A stretch of DNA of 64,000 nt from a virus, in IMG/VR virus record IMGVR_UViG_3300043464_001711, positions 1 to 64,000 of that record; one strand, 5' to 3'. Below, piece by piece: positions 9,239 through 19,452 of the stretch; position 1 is the stretch's first letter, and the number at the start of each line of letters is the position of its first letter. The notes under the pieces were generated by a model. That model was not told the origin of the DNA. It did no database searches and was given only the letters and a program-made list of their open reading frames with translations. The position numbers and the translations under genes are program-made.

Positions 9239-10751
9239 AACACCAATCTTTCTCAGATACTATTTCAAATTGAATTACATCATTATAAGTTCTAATTTGA
9301 TTACCTGATTCAATTTTTATCTCCATAAAATAATCATTTGGTATAAACCATGAAGTATCCACTAAAAAGAAATTACCGTCAGGAGTCCTATTAACCTCAT
9401 TCCAATCAATATAATCAATTTGTGTTTCACCCTCTTTTATAAAGATTCTATAATATATTTTATCTACTGCCTGTGTTTGATTAAAGGTTAATGGTATTCT
9501 AGCCTTAACATCAACTCTTCTCGTATCCCCTCTTTTAATTTTTTCTCTTCTTTTAATACCGTGTACAGCGAATTCATAATCATATATTGATCTATTATTT
9601 GCCTCACTCACACCTAAACCAAAAGCTCCTGCACTATTTGTGGAACCTATATTATAATAATTACTACTATCTTGTACAATAAAATCTAATTCAACATCAC
9701 CCACATTATGATTATTTATAGTAACATTTTCCCATACATCTCTAAATTGGACATTACCACAATACCCACTAACAGGATTACCATCAACATTAACATCAAC
9801 ACAATAAACACCAGTAGTTATTTGTGTAATACCTGTATTAGATATAATCTGATAAACATTGTCGTTTTGGTCATAGATTGAAACTTCGGATATATTAGCA
9901 TTAACTCTTTCTCCACCCGCATTAACATATAAACATAGTCTATTACTTTTATCTAAGAAAAAGTTGTCTCTATCATCTTTAATAGAATCATTATATTGGG
10001 TTTCCATAAAAGGTTCGTAAACCGTTTGTGTTTCACGAGTAAAAAATCCTACGTAACAAATACAATCTTGTGGTACTATTTCTTGTGATGGTTCATATGC
10101 AATACCTAAATTTAACTGTGTGATTCCACTAGAGATTAAATTATTAACATAACCAGTAATATCTATACATAAATTTTCATCACCATGATCAAAATGTTGT
10201 GTACCTACTATAAGATCAACAGTTGTTCCAGTATAACCTGTTGTGGAACCTGACCACCACATAGTAGGGTCTGTATAAACTCCTGGTTGTGACCAAGTAG
10301 TATTAAATTCCCTATCAAACCAGTTAGAAGGTCCTTCACAATAAACATTATCTCCTACAGTACAACCTAAACTTTTTGATACAATATAATCATACCCATT
10401 ACCCTCATCCCAAATTTCAGGGACTTCAAAAAGAATCAAATCAAATCCTGTAGCCCTTTGGACTTCACCACAAGAACTAACAACTGTTTTACAATATAAT
10501 TCCCTATCAAAATAAGATGTGTTGGTTAAATTTATTTTATGAGTCATTCTATCTATAAACAACTCTTTATTGTCAACCTTTTGGATTAAATTAGTTAAAT
10601 CAATATTAAAAATGTATCTAGAGAAAGTTACTAAATCTATATTTTTAGAACCACCATGAAATATTTCAGCTATTGGGTTCCTACCCGTATTAACACAGGA
10701 ATTTCTAACAATTATAGTATCTTTATCAAAATAAGTTCTGTATATACTCAT
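9237..10751 (-). CDS. Putative virion structural (baseplate/tail) protein
   Basis: Beta-rich, preceded by the late motif, adjacent to the spike gene. Confidence 0.55.
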   Translation of the reverse strand: MSIYRTYFDKDTIIVRNSCVNTGRNPIAEIFHGGSKNIDLVTFSRYIFNIDLTNLIQKVDNKELFIDRMTHKINLTNTSYFDRELYCKTVVSSCGEVQRATGFDLILFEVPEIWDEGNGYDYIVSKSLGCTVGDNVYCEGPSNWFDREFNTTWSQPGVYTDPTMWWSGSTTGYTGTTVDLIVGTQHFDHGDENLCIDITGYVNNLISSGITQLNLGIAYEPSQEIVPQDCICYVGFFTRETQTVYEPFMETQYNDSIKDDRDNFFLDKSNRLCLYVNAGGERVNANISEVSIYDQNDNVYQIISNTGITQITTGVYCVDVNVDGNPVSGYCGNVQFRDVWENVTINNHNVGDVELDFIVQDSSNYYNIGSTNSAGAFGLGVSEANNRSIYDYEFAVHGIKRREKIKRGDTRRVDVKARIPLTFNQTQAVDKIYYRIFIKEGETQIDYIDWNEVNRTPDGNFFLVDTSWFIPNDYFMEIKIESGNQIRTYNDVIQFEIVSEKDWC

Positions 10752-10793
10752 TAGTCTTTATTTACTAATAAATATCCAAGAAAAAGATATAAT

Positions 10794-12170
10794 TTAAAAA
10801 ACTTTAATCTCTTCTATAGTCGGTATATAAATATTGGATACTATACCATTTTCTATCAAATAAACACCAAGATTAAGTTTTCCTTGTTGATAGGCTAAAG
10901 ACTCAACGGGATTAGTACCTGAAATGGTAGTCATTACTTCACCACTAGAATTATTAATTATTTTAAATTCAAATAACCAAGTATTACCATCGAAAACTTT
11001 AGTGGCTGTAACAGAAACTAGTGGTTGGAGAATATCGTCAACTCTAGAAATAAAAGAGTTTTGTCTTATAACTTCCTGACCAACTAATTTATTTTTTATA
11101 TCATTTAATTTTTCTTTACCAATACCTCTTAAACGTTTAGATTTTATTTTTTTGTTTTTACCACTACCTTCAAAGTCACCACCAGCAAATATATTTTTAC
11201 TATTTAATTTTGAAAATTCTTTTTCTTTCCATTTTTGTAGAGCAATAAAAGATGGGTCCCCAACATTCGGTGGTGTCCCAGGGTAAGGATGTACGTGATT
11301 ATTAATCCAATTATATAGTAATTCAATAAAATTATTCAATATATCCCCGTAAACAATTGGGTGTAATTTATCCTCTATATCTATCTCTTCTTCTTCACTA
11401 AAATATGGTTTAATTACTGATGAATTATCATCTCTACCGATTAAATATATTTTATTACTAACTAGATTAATATCCGTTCTAGTTTTCTTTAAATTTTCAG
11501 TTTCTAATTGTTTTTTAAATTTACTATCACTCGTAGTTTTAGAATCCAACGAGGTTTCAAATTTACCCGGTACAACAGTTTTTATTTGTATATAACCTGG
11601 GTTAATTTTATTTAATTTTGTTGGTTCGTTTGGTAGGAATTTTGCTGCTCTAATTAAAACTTCTGAAGGTTTAAAAATAATGTCAGCATTATCTCTACCT
11701 TGTATAGCTATCTCATCTTTTTCAGGGTATACACCTTTAGCCGTGATTATATTATCTATAGATCTATCATAACCCTCACCCCAATCAGGTCTACCTTTTC
11801 TAGCATTAAGATAGTCTGTTTTTATTAAACCCTCACCCAATTGTGGGATTAAAGGTCCAACATATTCTCTAACAAATTGTGCATTTTCAGAATCATATAA
11901 AATAACTTTAACAGATTCACCTAATTTTGGTATTATGTTTATATGTAGAGGTAAAAAAGGGAAACAAACTTGTGTATCTTCTTTTGACCAAGGTTTACCT
12001 GGGTTAGGTAATGGTTTATCATCAGGGCCTTTTATTTTTACACGTATTCTATTTGCTCTACTTGGGTCGTTAACATCAATAACCTCACCAATAAAAATCA
12101 TTTGTTTTCTACTGGCACTCTTATCATAACCACTACCACCACCATTTATAATATCAATTATGTCCGACAT
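10794..12170 (-). CDS. Baseplate central spike (gp5/gpV/VgrG-like)
   Basis: GEVIDVNDP..NRIRVKI OB-fold start, IIPKLGESVKV, and an HVHP apex motif. Confidence 0.75.
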   Translation of the reverse strand: MSDIIDIINGGGSGYDKSASRKQMIFIGEVIDVNDPSRANRIRVKIKGPDDKPLPNPGKPWSKEDTQVCFPFLPLHINIIPKLGESVKVILYDSENAQFVREYVGPLIPQLGEGLIKTDYLNARKGRPDWGEGYDRSIDNIITAKGVYPEKDEIAIQGRDNADIIFKPSEVLIRAAKFLPNEPTKLNKINPGYIQIKTVVPGKFETSLDSKTTSDSKFKKQLETENLKKTRTDINLVSNKIYLIGRDDNSSVIKPYFSEEEEIDIEDKLHPIVYGDILNNFIELLYNWINNHVHPYPGTPPNVGDPSFIALQKWKEKEFSKLNSKNIFAGGDFEGSGKNKKIKSKRLRGIGKEKLNDIKNKLVGQEVIRQNSFISRVDDILQPLVSVTATKVFDGNTWLFEFKIINNSSGEVMTTISGTNPVESLAYQQGKLNLGVYLIENGIVSNIYIPTIEEIKVF

Positions 12171-12339
12171 CTACACCTCTATTTTTTAATTCTTCATTTA
12201 CAGCATTATAAACTCTTTCAATAGCTTTCATATGGTCATATTTTTTTATAGTTTCTTCTTTGACCTTATAAAAATCTTGAGCCAAACTAAATCTAAGTTC
12301 CAATAATTGTGAGTTACTTTTTTTATCTAATCCTTTCAT
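12154..12339 (-). CDS. Small helical hypothetical protein
   Basis: ORF packed within the operon. Confidence 0.6.
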   Translation of the reverse strand: MKGLDKKSNSQLLELRFSLAQDFYKVKEETIKKYDHMKAIERVYNAVNEELKNRGVDVGHN

Positions 12340-12341
12340 AA

Positions 12342-12788
12342 TTAAAACATTTGGCCGTGACCACAGGAAGTATTAATTGTAGTACCAAAAACTTGAATTG
12401 GTCCCCCAGCATTACCCCCAGTTGCTTGTAGTTGTGTACCTGCTTTAGTACAAACATCTATTCTAGCATCTTCTGTTAATGCTTTAACAATTTCTTCCAT
12501 TCTTATTTTCTCCATAACCTCATCTGGAGCTGTTTGTCCACCAGGTAAAGGGCCAACAGGTAAACCTGCTTCAGATTTTCTTCTGATTATTCTAGCAGCA
12601 ATTTTATCGGAATCCATACCAGGTTTTAAATTACCTGTATAAGCTAAAAGAGCTGCTGGTACTAAATCAGAACTTGGGATTGTAGGTACTTTAAATAAAT
12701 TTTGTAAAGCTCTTAAAACTGATCTAGAACTTTGGAAATTTATTTCCCCTGGTACTTGGCTTTCTCTACATTTTTCTTTATTACTCAT
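12342..12788 (-). CDS. Hypothetical (likely virion) protein
   Basis: ORF in the structural operon. Confidence 0.6.
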   Translation of the reverse strand: MSNKEKCRESQVPGEINFQSSRSVLRALQNLFKVPTIPSSDLVPAALLAYTGNLKPGMDSDKIAARIIRRKSEAGLPVGPLPGGQTAPDEVMEKIRMEEIVKALTEDARIDVCTKAGTQLQATGGNAGGPIQVFGTTINTSCGHGQMF

Positions 12789-12792
12789 ATCA

Positions 12793-14394
12793 CTAGGATG
12801 TTGATGGTGTAGGTTGTTTTATTGGATCTAATGTACCTTCTTCACCTACATTGATTTTTTGTTCAATATAACTTAACAATATATTTTTCTTTTTTTCATT
12901 TATTTTTTTAAGTTTTCTTTTAACAACCTTTTTTATTAATTTTATTATTTCAGGTGTTAATGACTCAAATAAAATTTCAACTAAAACAGCCCAAGATCTT
13001 CTAAGAATATACTCAAAGAAAGTTTGATTAAATATAGCGAATTCAAAACTGGTTTCTTTCATCGTCGTTGTAGAAGTAGTAATAAAATTAGATAAATTAG
13101 TTATTGCTACCACAGTAGGTTTCATAAGACTATTTTTAACTAAATTTTTGGGTATGTCTTTTATTAAGTCAGATGAAAATTTATTCTTTATAGACTCTTT
13201 ATTTTTAGGTGATTTTTTGACTGCGGTATCATTACAAGTTTTTAATAGTTGTATAGTTTTTCTTTCTTGTAAAGCAGCATTATTTTTAGTATTTTTTAAA
13301 TCATTTAGTAAACCAAATATTTTTTCACCATCAGTATCACCCAAATCAAAATCATAAATACCACAACCTAAATCTAATTCTACTATACCTAGTTTTCTTT
13401 CTTTAGATTTTTTTTCTATTTTTGATAATTCTTCGTCATTAAAAGTAAAAAAAGAGTCATCATAAACTACTTCATCATAACAAGGGTCAATACTCAACAT
13501 TTTATCCATTAACGAATTAAGTCGTTCTTCATTCATTAGTTGGTCTTTAGTTGTTTCATTTCTTGATGAAATAATACCAAAAACAGAATCTAGTAAAGTT
13601 GCCATAAATTTTTCTTTACTAAAAAGTTCTATACTAGTCATAAAATCTAATAAAAACTTAGAAAAACTTTTATCATTGTAATTACTGTTTATTTTAAAAT
13701 CAATACTATTAGTTTGTGCTGTTGTAGCATCATAACCATAAAAAGTTAAATCTATTAAATCACCGTTTGGTCCACTCCATGTATTAGTTACGTTTGGTGT
13801 TTGTATAGTATCATAAATAAATCTATCAAAATCTTTACCTGGTTCACCTAATAAAAAACTTGATGCCGAATCTTGTGGATTATTTTTAAAGTTATTTAAA
13901 AAGTCTATTTGACTAATTAACATATTTAAGTTTTGATTTGGTGGTATCGCAAAATCTGATGAACAACAAGTAGATTTTAAAATCCCATTAATTATTGCAT
14001 CTTTTAATATTAAAATAAACCTTGGGTAAAATTTATTTAAAATTTTTAACAACAATTTAACTACATAAGATCTTTCTTTTTCTTCCTCTTCCTCCTCTTC
14101 TTTAGGTTCCTCTTCACCTTTTTCTTTTTTATTGTTTAATAATTTTCCTTTACCAGGTAGATTAAAATCAAACCCACGATCAACATTTTTTTGTTTTGTG
14201 GGTTCTTCTTCTTTTTCCTCATCTTTATCATCAGTTATGATACCTAAAAAATCTAATAAAAAAGGTATTATATCCCTTGATTTATCATTAGAGGAATCAA
14301 AAGAAGAGGTTTTTTTTGTGTCAGGTATATCATTAAGTACTTTAAGTATGCCAGTTTCTTCTAGTAATAAATTTTTTTCATCTATAAAACCCAT
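12793..14394 (-). CDS. Hypothetical protein
   Basis: 533-aa ORF. Confidence 0.7.
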   Translation of the reverse strand: MGFIDEKNLLLEETGILKVLNDIPDTKKTSSFDSSNDKSRDIIPFLLDFLGIITDDKDEEKEEEPTKQKNVDRGFDFNLPGKGKLLNNKKEKGEEEPKEEEEEEEKERSYVVKLLLKILNKFYPRFILILKDAIINGILKSTCCSSDFAIPPNQNLNMLISQIDFLNNFKNNPQDSASSFLLGEPGKDFDRFIYDTIQTPNVTNTWSGPNGDLIDLTFYGYDATTAQTNSIDFKINSNYNDKSFSKFLLDFMTSIELFSKEKFMATLLDSVFGIISSRNETTKDQLMNEERLNSLMDKMLSIDPCYDEVVYDDSFFTFNDEELSKIEKKSKERKLGIVELDLGCGIYDFDLGDTDGEKIFGLLNDLKNTKNNAALQERKTIQLLKTCNDTAVKKSPKNKESIKNKFSSDLIKDIPKNLVKNSLMKPTVVAITNLSNFITTSTTTMKETSFEFAIFNQTFFEYILRRSWAVLVEILFESLTPEIIKLIKKVVKRKLKKINEKKKNILLSYIEQKINVGEEGTLDPIKQPTPSTS

Positions 14395-14744
14395 TATTCA
14401 TCTTTTTTAGTAAACATATCCCTTAATAAATCCATATCTTCGGGTGTTAAAGAACCATCCGTTTTTGTTTCTGTATTATCTCCTTTAAAAATTAACGTAC
14501 TCATTAATTTAACAAGTGATAATTTTTTATCAATAGTGTTGTCAACCAATTTTAATAAATCGGTATTAGCTTTATTCAAATTAACAAGGTCGTGCATATC
14601 TTCAACATCAACCTTTTTCTTATTTTCATTAATTTGTCTAATAGCGGTAGTACGTTGTTCCACAAGTTCATTATAAGCTTCTTGTGCCATACCTAAAAAA
14701 CTATCAGTACTTAATCTTACTTCTTTTTTCTTTGGTCTACCCAT
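14394..14744 (-). CDS. Hypothetical coiled-coil protein
   Basis: ORF preceded by the late motif at 14759-14767. Confidence 0.65.
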   Translation of the reverse strand: MGRPKKKEVRLSTDSFLGMAQEAYNELVEQRTTAIRQINENKKKVDVEDMHDLVNLNKANTDLLKLVDNTIDKKLSLVKLMSTLIFKGDNTETKTDGSLTPEDMDLLRDMFTKKDE

Positions 14745-14780
14745 TTTCTTTTTTCTTAATAAATATCTTTTTATTTAATT

Positions 14781-15563
14781 TTAAAAAGATTCTTCTCTCA
14801 ATACATTATATATAACACGATATCTTTTCATTGCGTTTCTAATATCTTTTGTGTTGAGGGTAGTCATTTCCCTCATATAATAAAGTATTAAGTTTTTGTT
14901 GAATTTATTTTTACCAGGGACGTTATCATCATCAAATAGATTTTCCCACTCATCTAATATTGAAGTTAGGGCTCGACCAACTTTGATTTCATTTTCAGTT
15001 AAGACTCTGTTCTCCATCTCTTTTTTTATACTGTTAGAGATATCTTCTATTAACTGAGCTAAATCTGTGTTTGGTTCATCTATGTGGTAAACCATATCTT
15101 CATTTTCCTCAACTAGTGGAGCTACATCATCGTAACTTAAATTTTGTTTTAACCTTTTATCTTCTTTTATCATTTTTCCTAAAAGATAATGTTTACAAAC
15201 AGTACCATAATAAGAATATGATTTTTTATTTTTTAAAGGTTTAAATTTATGAAATTTAATGTGTAAAAAACTTAAAGTATCAGAATGAAGGTCTTCAAAC
15301 TCCATTGTTTTAGAATAGAGTTTGTACCTTCTAATAATACTTTCAATCATTTTATCTAACGGGGCTTTGAGGTGTTTACTATAGATTCTGTTTCTAAGTA
15401 TATCCTCTTCAGTCGTACCAGTCCATCTATACCCTTCTTGTGTTGTAGGGTCTTTAATTAATTTGCCAAGTTCAAGGTATTCCTTTACTGCTTCTTCCTC
15501 TTCTGGACCAAAGTAAGGTTTTTTGTTTGGTTTCCTACCCCTTTTCTTTGGTTCATCCTGCAT
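14781..15563 (-). CDS. Phage sigma factor, T4 gp55-like
   Basis: KMIESIIRRY...EDLHSDTLSFL..KFHKF...KSYSYYGTVCKHYL resembles sigma region 2 of gp55-like proteins. Confidence 0.6.
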   Translation of the reverse strand: MQDEPKKRGRKPNKKPYFGPEEEEAVKEYLELGKLIKDPTTQEGYRWTGTTEEDILRNRIYSKHLKAPLDKMIESIIRRYKLYSKTMEFEDLHSDTLSFLHIKFHKFKPLKNKKSYSYYGTVCKHYLLGKMIKEDKRLKQNLSYDDVAPLVEENEDMVYHIDEPNTDLAQLIEDISNSIKKEMENRVLTENEIKVGRALTSILDEWENLFDDDNVPGKNKFNKNLILYYMREMTTLNTKDIRNAMKRYRVIYNVLREESF

Positions 15564-15564
15564 A

Positions 15565-16377
15565 TTAGACTGTTTGTTCTTCCTCGTTATAAGTTATTCC
15601 CCTGTCTTGTTTAAAATAACACTCTTTTTTAGCTGTATTAAACCACCATCTAGCTTCAAGAGGATTCATTTTTTCAGGACCACTATAGTATCCAAAGAAT
15701 AAAGATAAAGGTCTCATATTAGTTTTCTTATAACCAATTTTAGGGATGGTCATAATTTTTTTATCGTAATAAGTCATTCTTAAAAAAAACTCATAAACAA
15801 ATTGTAGTTTAACACTAGGTTTTAATTTACCAACTGAAGTAAAAGATTCTTTTTTTATTACCGACCCAGATAATTGGAAATTAGGGTAATTCAATAAAGA
15901 ATCGTTATCTAACATACCAAGTTTGTCGGAGAAATCTTTTGCCCAAACTGGTTCATTTGTGAAATGTAAAAACTTACCTTCAGTATTTGCATCTAAAACA
16001 ATAGGTAAAAATACATCTATCTCATCATAATAAGAAGAGTATTTATTGAAATTACTAAACCAAATTTTAGAATACTCGTCATCTATTTCTAAAATAGAAA
16101 ACCATTCAGTTTCAACCTTAGAAACACCAAAATTAACTTGTGAACAAAAATCAGTTTCACCATCATTTTCTACAATCTCTAAAATAGATTTAACTTTTTC
16201 ATCATAATCAAAAGATTCTACAGTATTTTTAACTTCACTATCTTTTGGTACAACAATTATTAATTTAGTAGGTAATTCTTGTTGTTCTCTAATACTCGCA
16301 ATTGCTTTAGCAAAATAATCTTTTTCATCTTCATTAAGTCTATGTACTGGTACAATAACTGTTACTTTATTATCCAT
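15565..16377 (-). CDS. Glycosyltransferase, GT2 (GT-A fold)
   Basis: VTVIVPVH...AIASI...FSILEIDD. Confidence 0.8.
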   Translation of the reverse strand: MDNKVTVIVPVHRLNEDEKDYFAKAIASIREQQELPTKLIIVVPKDSEVKNTVESFDYDEKVKSILEIVENDGETDFCSQVNFGVSKVETEWFSILEIDDEYSKIWFSNFNKYSSYYDEIDVFLPIVLDANTEGKFLHFTNEPVWAKDFSDKLGMLDNDSLLNYPNFQLSGSVIKKESFTSVGKLKPSVKLQFVYEFFLRMTYYDKKIMTIPKIGYKKTNMRPLSLFFGYYSGPEKMNPLEARWWFNTAKKECYFKQDRGITYNEEEQTV

Positions 16378-17467
16378 TTGTCTCTTCTGTTTTAGTTTCT
16401 GTTATTCCTGTTAAATCATATTGTTCTAAACTTTTTTCAAATTCAATGACCATTTTATTGGTCAAATTATCAAAATAGTTTTTAATTATTTCTTTTTGTT
16501 CTTCAGGTTTATATTTTGTATTTGTTTCATCCATTTCTGTGTACAATTCTTGTGGTTCTAAATCCTCCAACCAAGCTTGGATATAATTACCTAAAATATC
16601 TACGATATTATTAACATTGTTGGTCCACATACCGTTTCTATCTGTCATCCATTCAGGAACCATGTTAGGGACTTTACCAATAACGGGCACCCCACATCTC
16701 ATTGATTCTAAAGGAAAAGTACCAAAACCAGAAACATCGTCAACCCAAACAGAAACACAAGATTCAGACAAATTTTCTGCGAATTTTTCTCTAGACATTC
16801 CTCTTAAATCTCTAAAAGAAACCCATTTTAAATGTGGGTATTTAATATAAAATGCTTTAAATATTTTTAAAGTATCTCTTTGGTCTCTAGTATATATTGT
16901 AACGATTGGTTTTTTCGGTTCTTCTGATTTTTTAAAATAATCAGGTATTGAAATTGAGGTAGACCCGACTTCCATGAATTGATTGGCAAATAAATTTTGT
17001 ATATATTCTTTTTGAGTTTCAGATGTGGTAATGACATCTCTAACTTTATAATCAATCCAGGTTTTACCAGGTTCTAACATTTCAAAAATGTAATCATAAG
17101 CCTGACACATAATCATTTTTCTACAAGGTAACCCTTTAATTTGTTCCAAAACATTACCAAAAATTTCAGGTATAATAACTACGTCTACACCACTAACTTT
17201 TAATTCATTTCTTTCAATTGATAGGTGTGGTAGATTACCGTATTCTTCACCTAACCAAGATGATACACTTGAGTAATCATTTTTTTCATGAAGGATATAC
17301 GCTCTATACCCTAACTCATTTAACACTTTTACGTGTTCATAAACATTGGCTACACCTGCTGTAGGTGTCCCTTTTGTGTCCATAGTAAAGAAATAAATAC
17401 CAAAATCTTTTTTTGATAACCTCTCAATGTTGGACTCAATTTGTTTTACAATTTCTAATTTTTCCAT
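16370..17467 (-). CDS. Glycosyltransferase, GT-B fold (GT4-like)
   Basis: SGFGTFPLESMRCGVPVIG. Confidence 0.8.
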   Translation of the reverse strand: MEKLEIVKQIESNIERLSKKDFGIYFFTMDTKGTPTAGVANVYEHVKVLNELGYRAYILHEKNDYSSVSSWLGEEYGNLPHLSIERNELKVSGVDVVIIPEIFGNVLEQIKGLPCRKMIMCQAYDYIFEMLEPGKTWIDYKVRDVITTSETQKEYIQNLFANQFMEVGSTSISIPDYFKKSEEPKKPIVTIYTRDQRDTLKIFKAFYIKYPHLKWVSFRDLRGMSREKFAENLSESCVSVWVDDVSGFGTFPLESMRCGVPVIGKVPNMVPEWMTDRNGMWTNNVNNIVDILGNYIQAWLEDLEPQELYTEMDETNTKYKPEEQKEIIKNYFDNLTNKMVIEFEKSLEQYDLTGITETKTEETNG

Positions 17468-17469
17468 TT

Positions 17470-17814
17470 TTAACTTCTGTTTCTTTTTATTAATTTATGT
17501 TTTATTAAAGTATTAAAAGCTAATTTAAAAGGTATACTTAATTGGTCCTCAAGTTTTTGTATACCCATAGCCTCGTCAACAACCCCTTGTTCACTAAGTA
17601 TGGCTTCCATTAAACCTTTAGTTAATTCCCATTTAGTCATATCAACCATGGGTCCTTGTAAATCAACAGATAATTCTTCACCAGAATCTTCATTCTCTTC
17701 TTTTTCTAATAAATCTTTTAAATTTTTAGGTTCTTCTTCATCAACTCTAACAAAATCAGAAATAGATTTTAAATCAAAGTAATATTGTTCCCCAGCTATA
17801 CCAAATAATTCCAT
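17470..17814 (-). CDS. Hypothetical protein
   Basis: ORF. Confidence 0.65.
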   Translation of the reverse strand: MELFGIAGEQYYFDLKSISDFVRVDEEEPKNLKDLLEKEENEDSGEELSVDLQGPMVDMTKWELTKGLMEAILSEQGVVDEAMGIQKLEDQLSIPFKLAFNTLIKHKLIKRNRS

Positions 17815-17850
17815 GATTAATTATTAATAATAAATTTTAATATGTAAACT

Positions 17851-18546
17851 TTATAAAACCCAATCACCCTTTTCTTCTACCAAAATATTTTGGATTGATT
17901 TTATAAAAGAGTCGTCTATCTCTTTAATTGTTTTAATTACTAGATTAGGTTGTATCATTAATTTATTGTGTTCTTTTTCTATTTTAACACAAACTTTTTC
18001 TTTTGGTTTAGTACTAATTATTGTTGGGTGATCAGTAATCATTACATCTACATAATCCCAAACTTTTTCATATTCTGTAACAAATTTTATATTTGGACAC
18101 ATAGATTTTGTTTTAGATAAGAAAAACAGAGTAGAGGGGATAGATAAACCACCCTCCCTAGTAATTATAATAAATTCATGTTCAGGATTTTCTAATATTA
18201 AATTATTTAAAGTTTCTACAGCTGAACTAACAACCTCATTAGCATACCCAAAAATTTCTAATGTACATTTTTCATACATAAATTCTTCTAAAGTAACTTT
18301 TTTCTTAACACTTAATAATTTAGTTTCTTCTTCAGACTCAAAAAAAGTATCTTCATTAAATTCCGGGTTAAACTCTAATTCGGCCTGCGTAATTTCTTCT
18401 TCAGGAAAAATAACCCATTTTTCTAGGTCATAATCTTTAACTTCTATTGGTTCATCATCTTCATTAGCAAAATACTTTTGAAAAGTATTTTCTATTTGAC
18501 CAAAATAATCTCTTAATACATTATCTATTGAAACACCTATCTTCAT
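17851..18546 (-). CDS. HAD-fold 5'(3')-deoxyribonucleotidase-like protein
   Basis: IGVSIDNVLRD, IITRE, DVMITDHP. Confidence 0.6.
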   Translation of the reverse strand: MKIGVSIDNVLRDYFGQIENTFQKYFANEDDEPIEVKDYDLEKWVIFPEEEITQAELEFNPEFNEDTFFESEEETKLLSVKKKVTLEEFMYEKCTLEIFGYANEVVSSAVETLNNLILENPEHEFIIITREGGLSIPSTLFFLSKTKSMCPNIKFVTEYEKVWDYVDVMITDHPTIISTKPKEKVCVKIEKEHNKLMIQPNLVIKTIKEIDDSFIKSIQNILVEEKGDWVL

Positions 18547-18692
18547 TTTTCTTCTACACTATATATACTTAATAACTCATCAGCTATGAGTTTTTTTAAT
18601 TTTGAAAAGTAATCTATAGCCTTTTTCTTTGAATCTGCTTTTATCAAGGATATACTTTCCCCTGAATTATTTTTTAACTGAAACGTTTTCAT
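18543..18692 (-). CDS. Small hypothetical protein (49 aa, not in the ORF track)
   Basis: MKTFQLKNNSGESI...AIDYFSKLKK...EEK*; fills the gap and overlaps the next gene by ATGA. Confidence 0.6.
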   Translation of the reverse strand: MKTFQLKNNSGESISLIKADSKKKAIDYFSKLKKLIADELLSIYSVEEK

Positions 18693-18693
18693 A

Positions 18694-19449
18694 TTAGTTC
18701 TTTCTTTTAGTTACTGGTATTCTTCCGTCGGCTAAAGCCTTTTCGTAATTATCTATTATTTTAATTAAAAGTGGGTCTCTAACAATATCATTTCTGTCAA
18801 ATCTAAAATGGAACATTTGGTCATCTTCCCCTAAAATTTCTTTAACAAAAAAATCTAAAGCAACATATTTCTCATTGATATCATTTTGTCTTGAGTCACC
18901 AATAATAGTTATTTTAGAACCTTCACCAAAACGAGTAATGGTAGTCATTAATTGTTTTATATCTGCGTTCTGCATTTCATCACATATGATATAAGAATGT
19001 TTAAAAGTTCTACCCCTCATATAAGCGATAGGTTCAAATTTAATTGTACCATTATCAATCAACATTTTCAAGGTTTTACCATCCATCATCTCTACTAAGT
19101 TATCTAAAAAAGATTCCATAAATGGTTGTACTTTATCTTTTTCAGAACCAGGTAGGAAACCTAAATCTTCACCAGAAGTTTCTAATGGTTTAACTAAAAT
19201 AATTCTTTTAATTTCACCCTTTTGTAAAGCTTTAACTGCGGCCCAACAAGCTGTAAATGTTTTTGAAGTTCCTGGGGGCCCTACTATTGTTGATATTCTA
19301 GAATTTTTTAATCCATTAAAAAGTTCGTATTGTTTTTCTGACAATTTAACTGATTTATAAGATCCAAATTCTCTATTAATAGATTCATTGTCTAAATACT
19401 CATCATAAGCTTCTTGAGCATTTATTTTACCTCTTTTACGATTTGACAT
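18694..19449 (-). CDS. phoH: PhoH-family ATPase
   Basis: GPPGTSKT, LGFLPG, YMRGRTF, DEMQN, TRFGEGSK, GDSRQND. Confidence 0.95.
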   Translation of the reverse strand: MSNRKRGKINAQEAYDEYLDNESINREFGSYKSVKLSEKQYELFNGLKNSRISTIVGPPGTSKTFTACWAAVKALQKGEIKRIILVKPLETSGEDLGFLPGSEKDKVQPFMESFLDNLVEMMDGKTLKMLIDNGTIKFEPIAYMRGRTFKHSYIICDEMQNADIKQLMTTITRFGEGSKITIIGDSRQNDINEKYVALDFFVKEILGEDDQMFHFRFDRNDIVRDPLLIKIIDNYEKALADGRIPVTKRKN

Positions 19450-19452
19450 ATA

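Noticed and set aside
12154-12339. Ribosomal protein L29 resemblance
   Set aside because: Only a generic helical-hairpin similarity; diagnostic residues are not convincing
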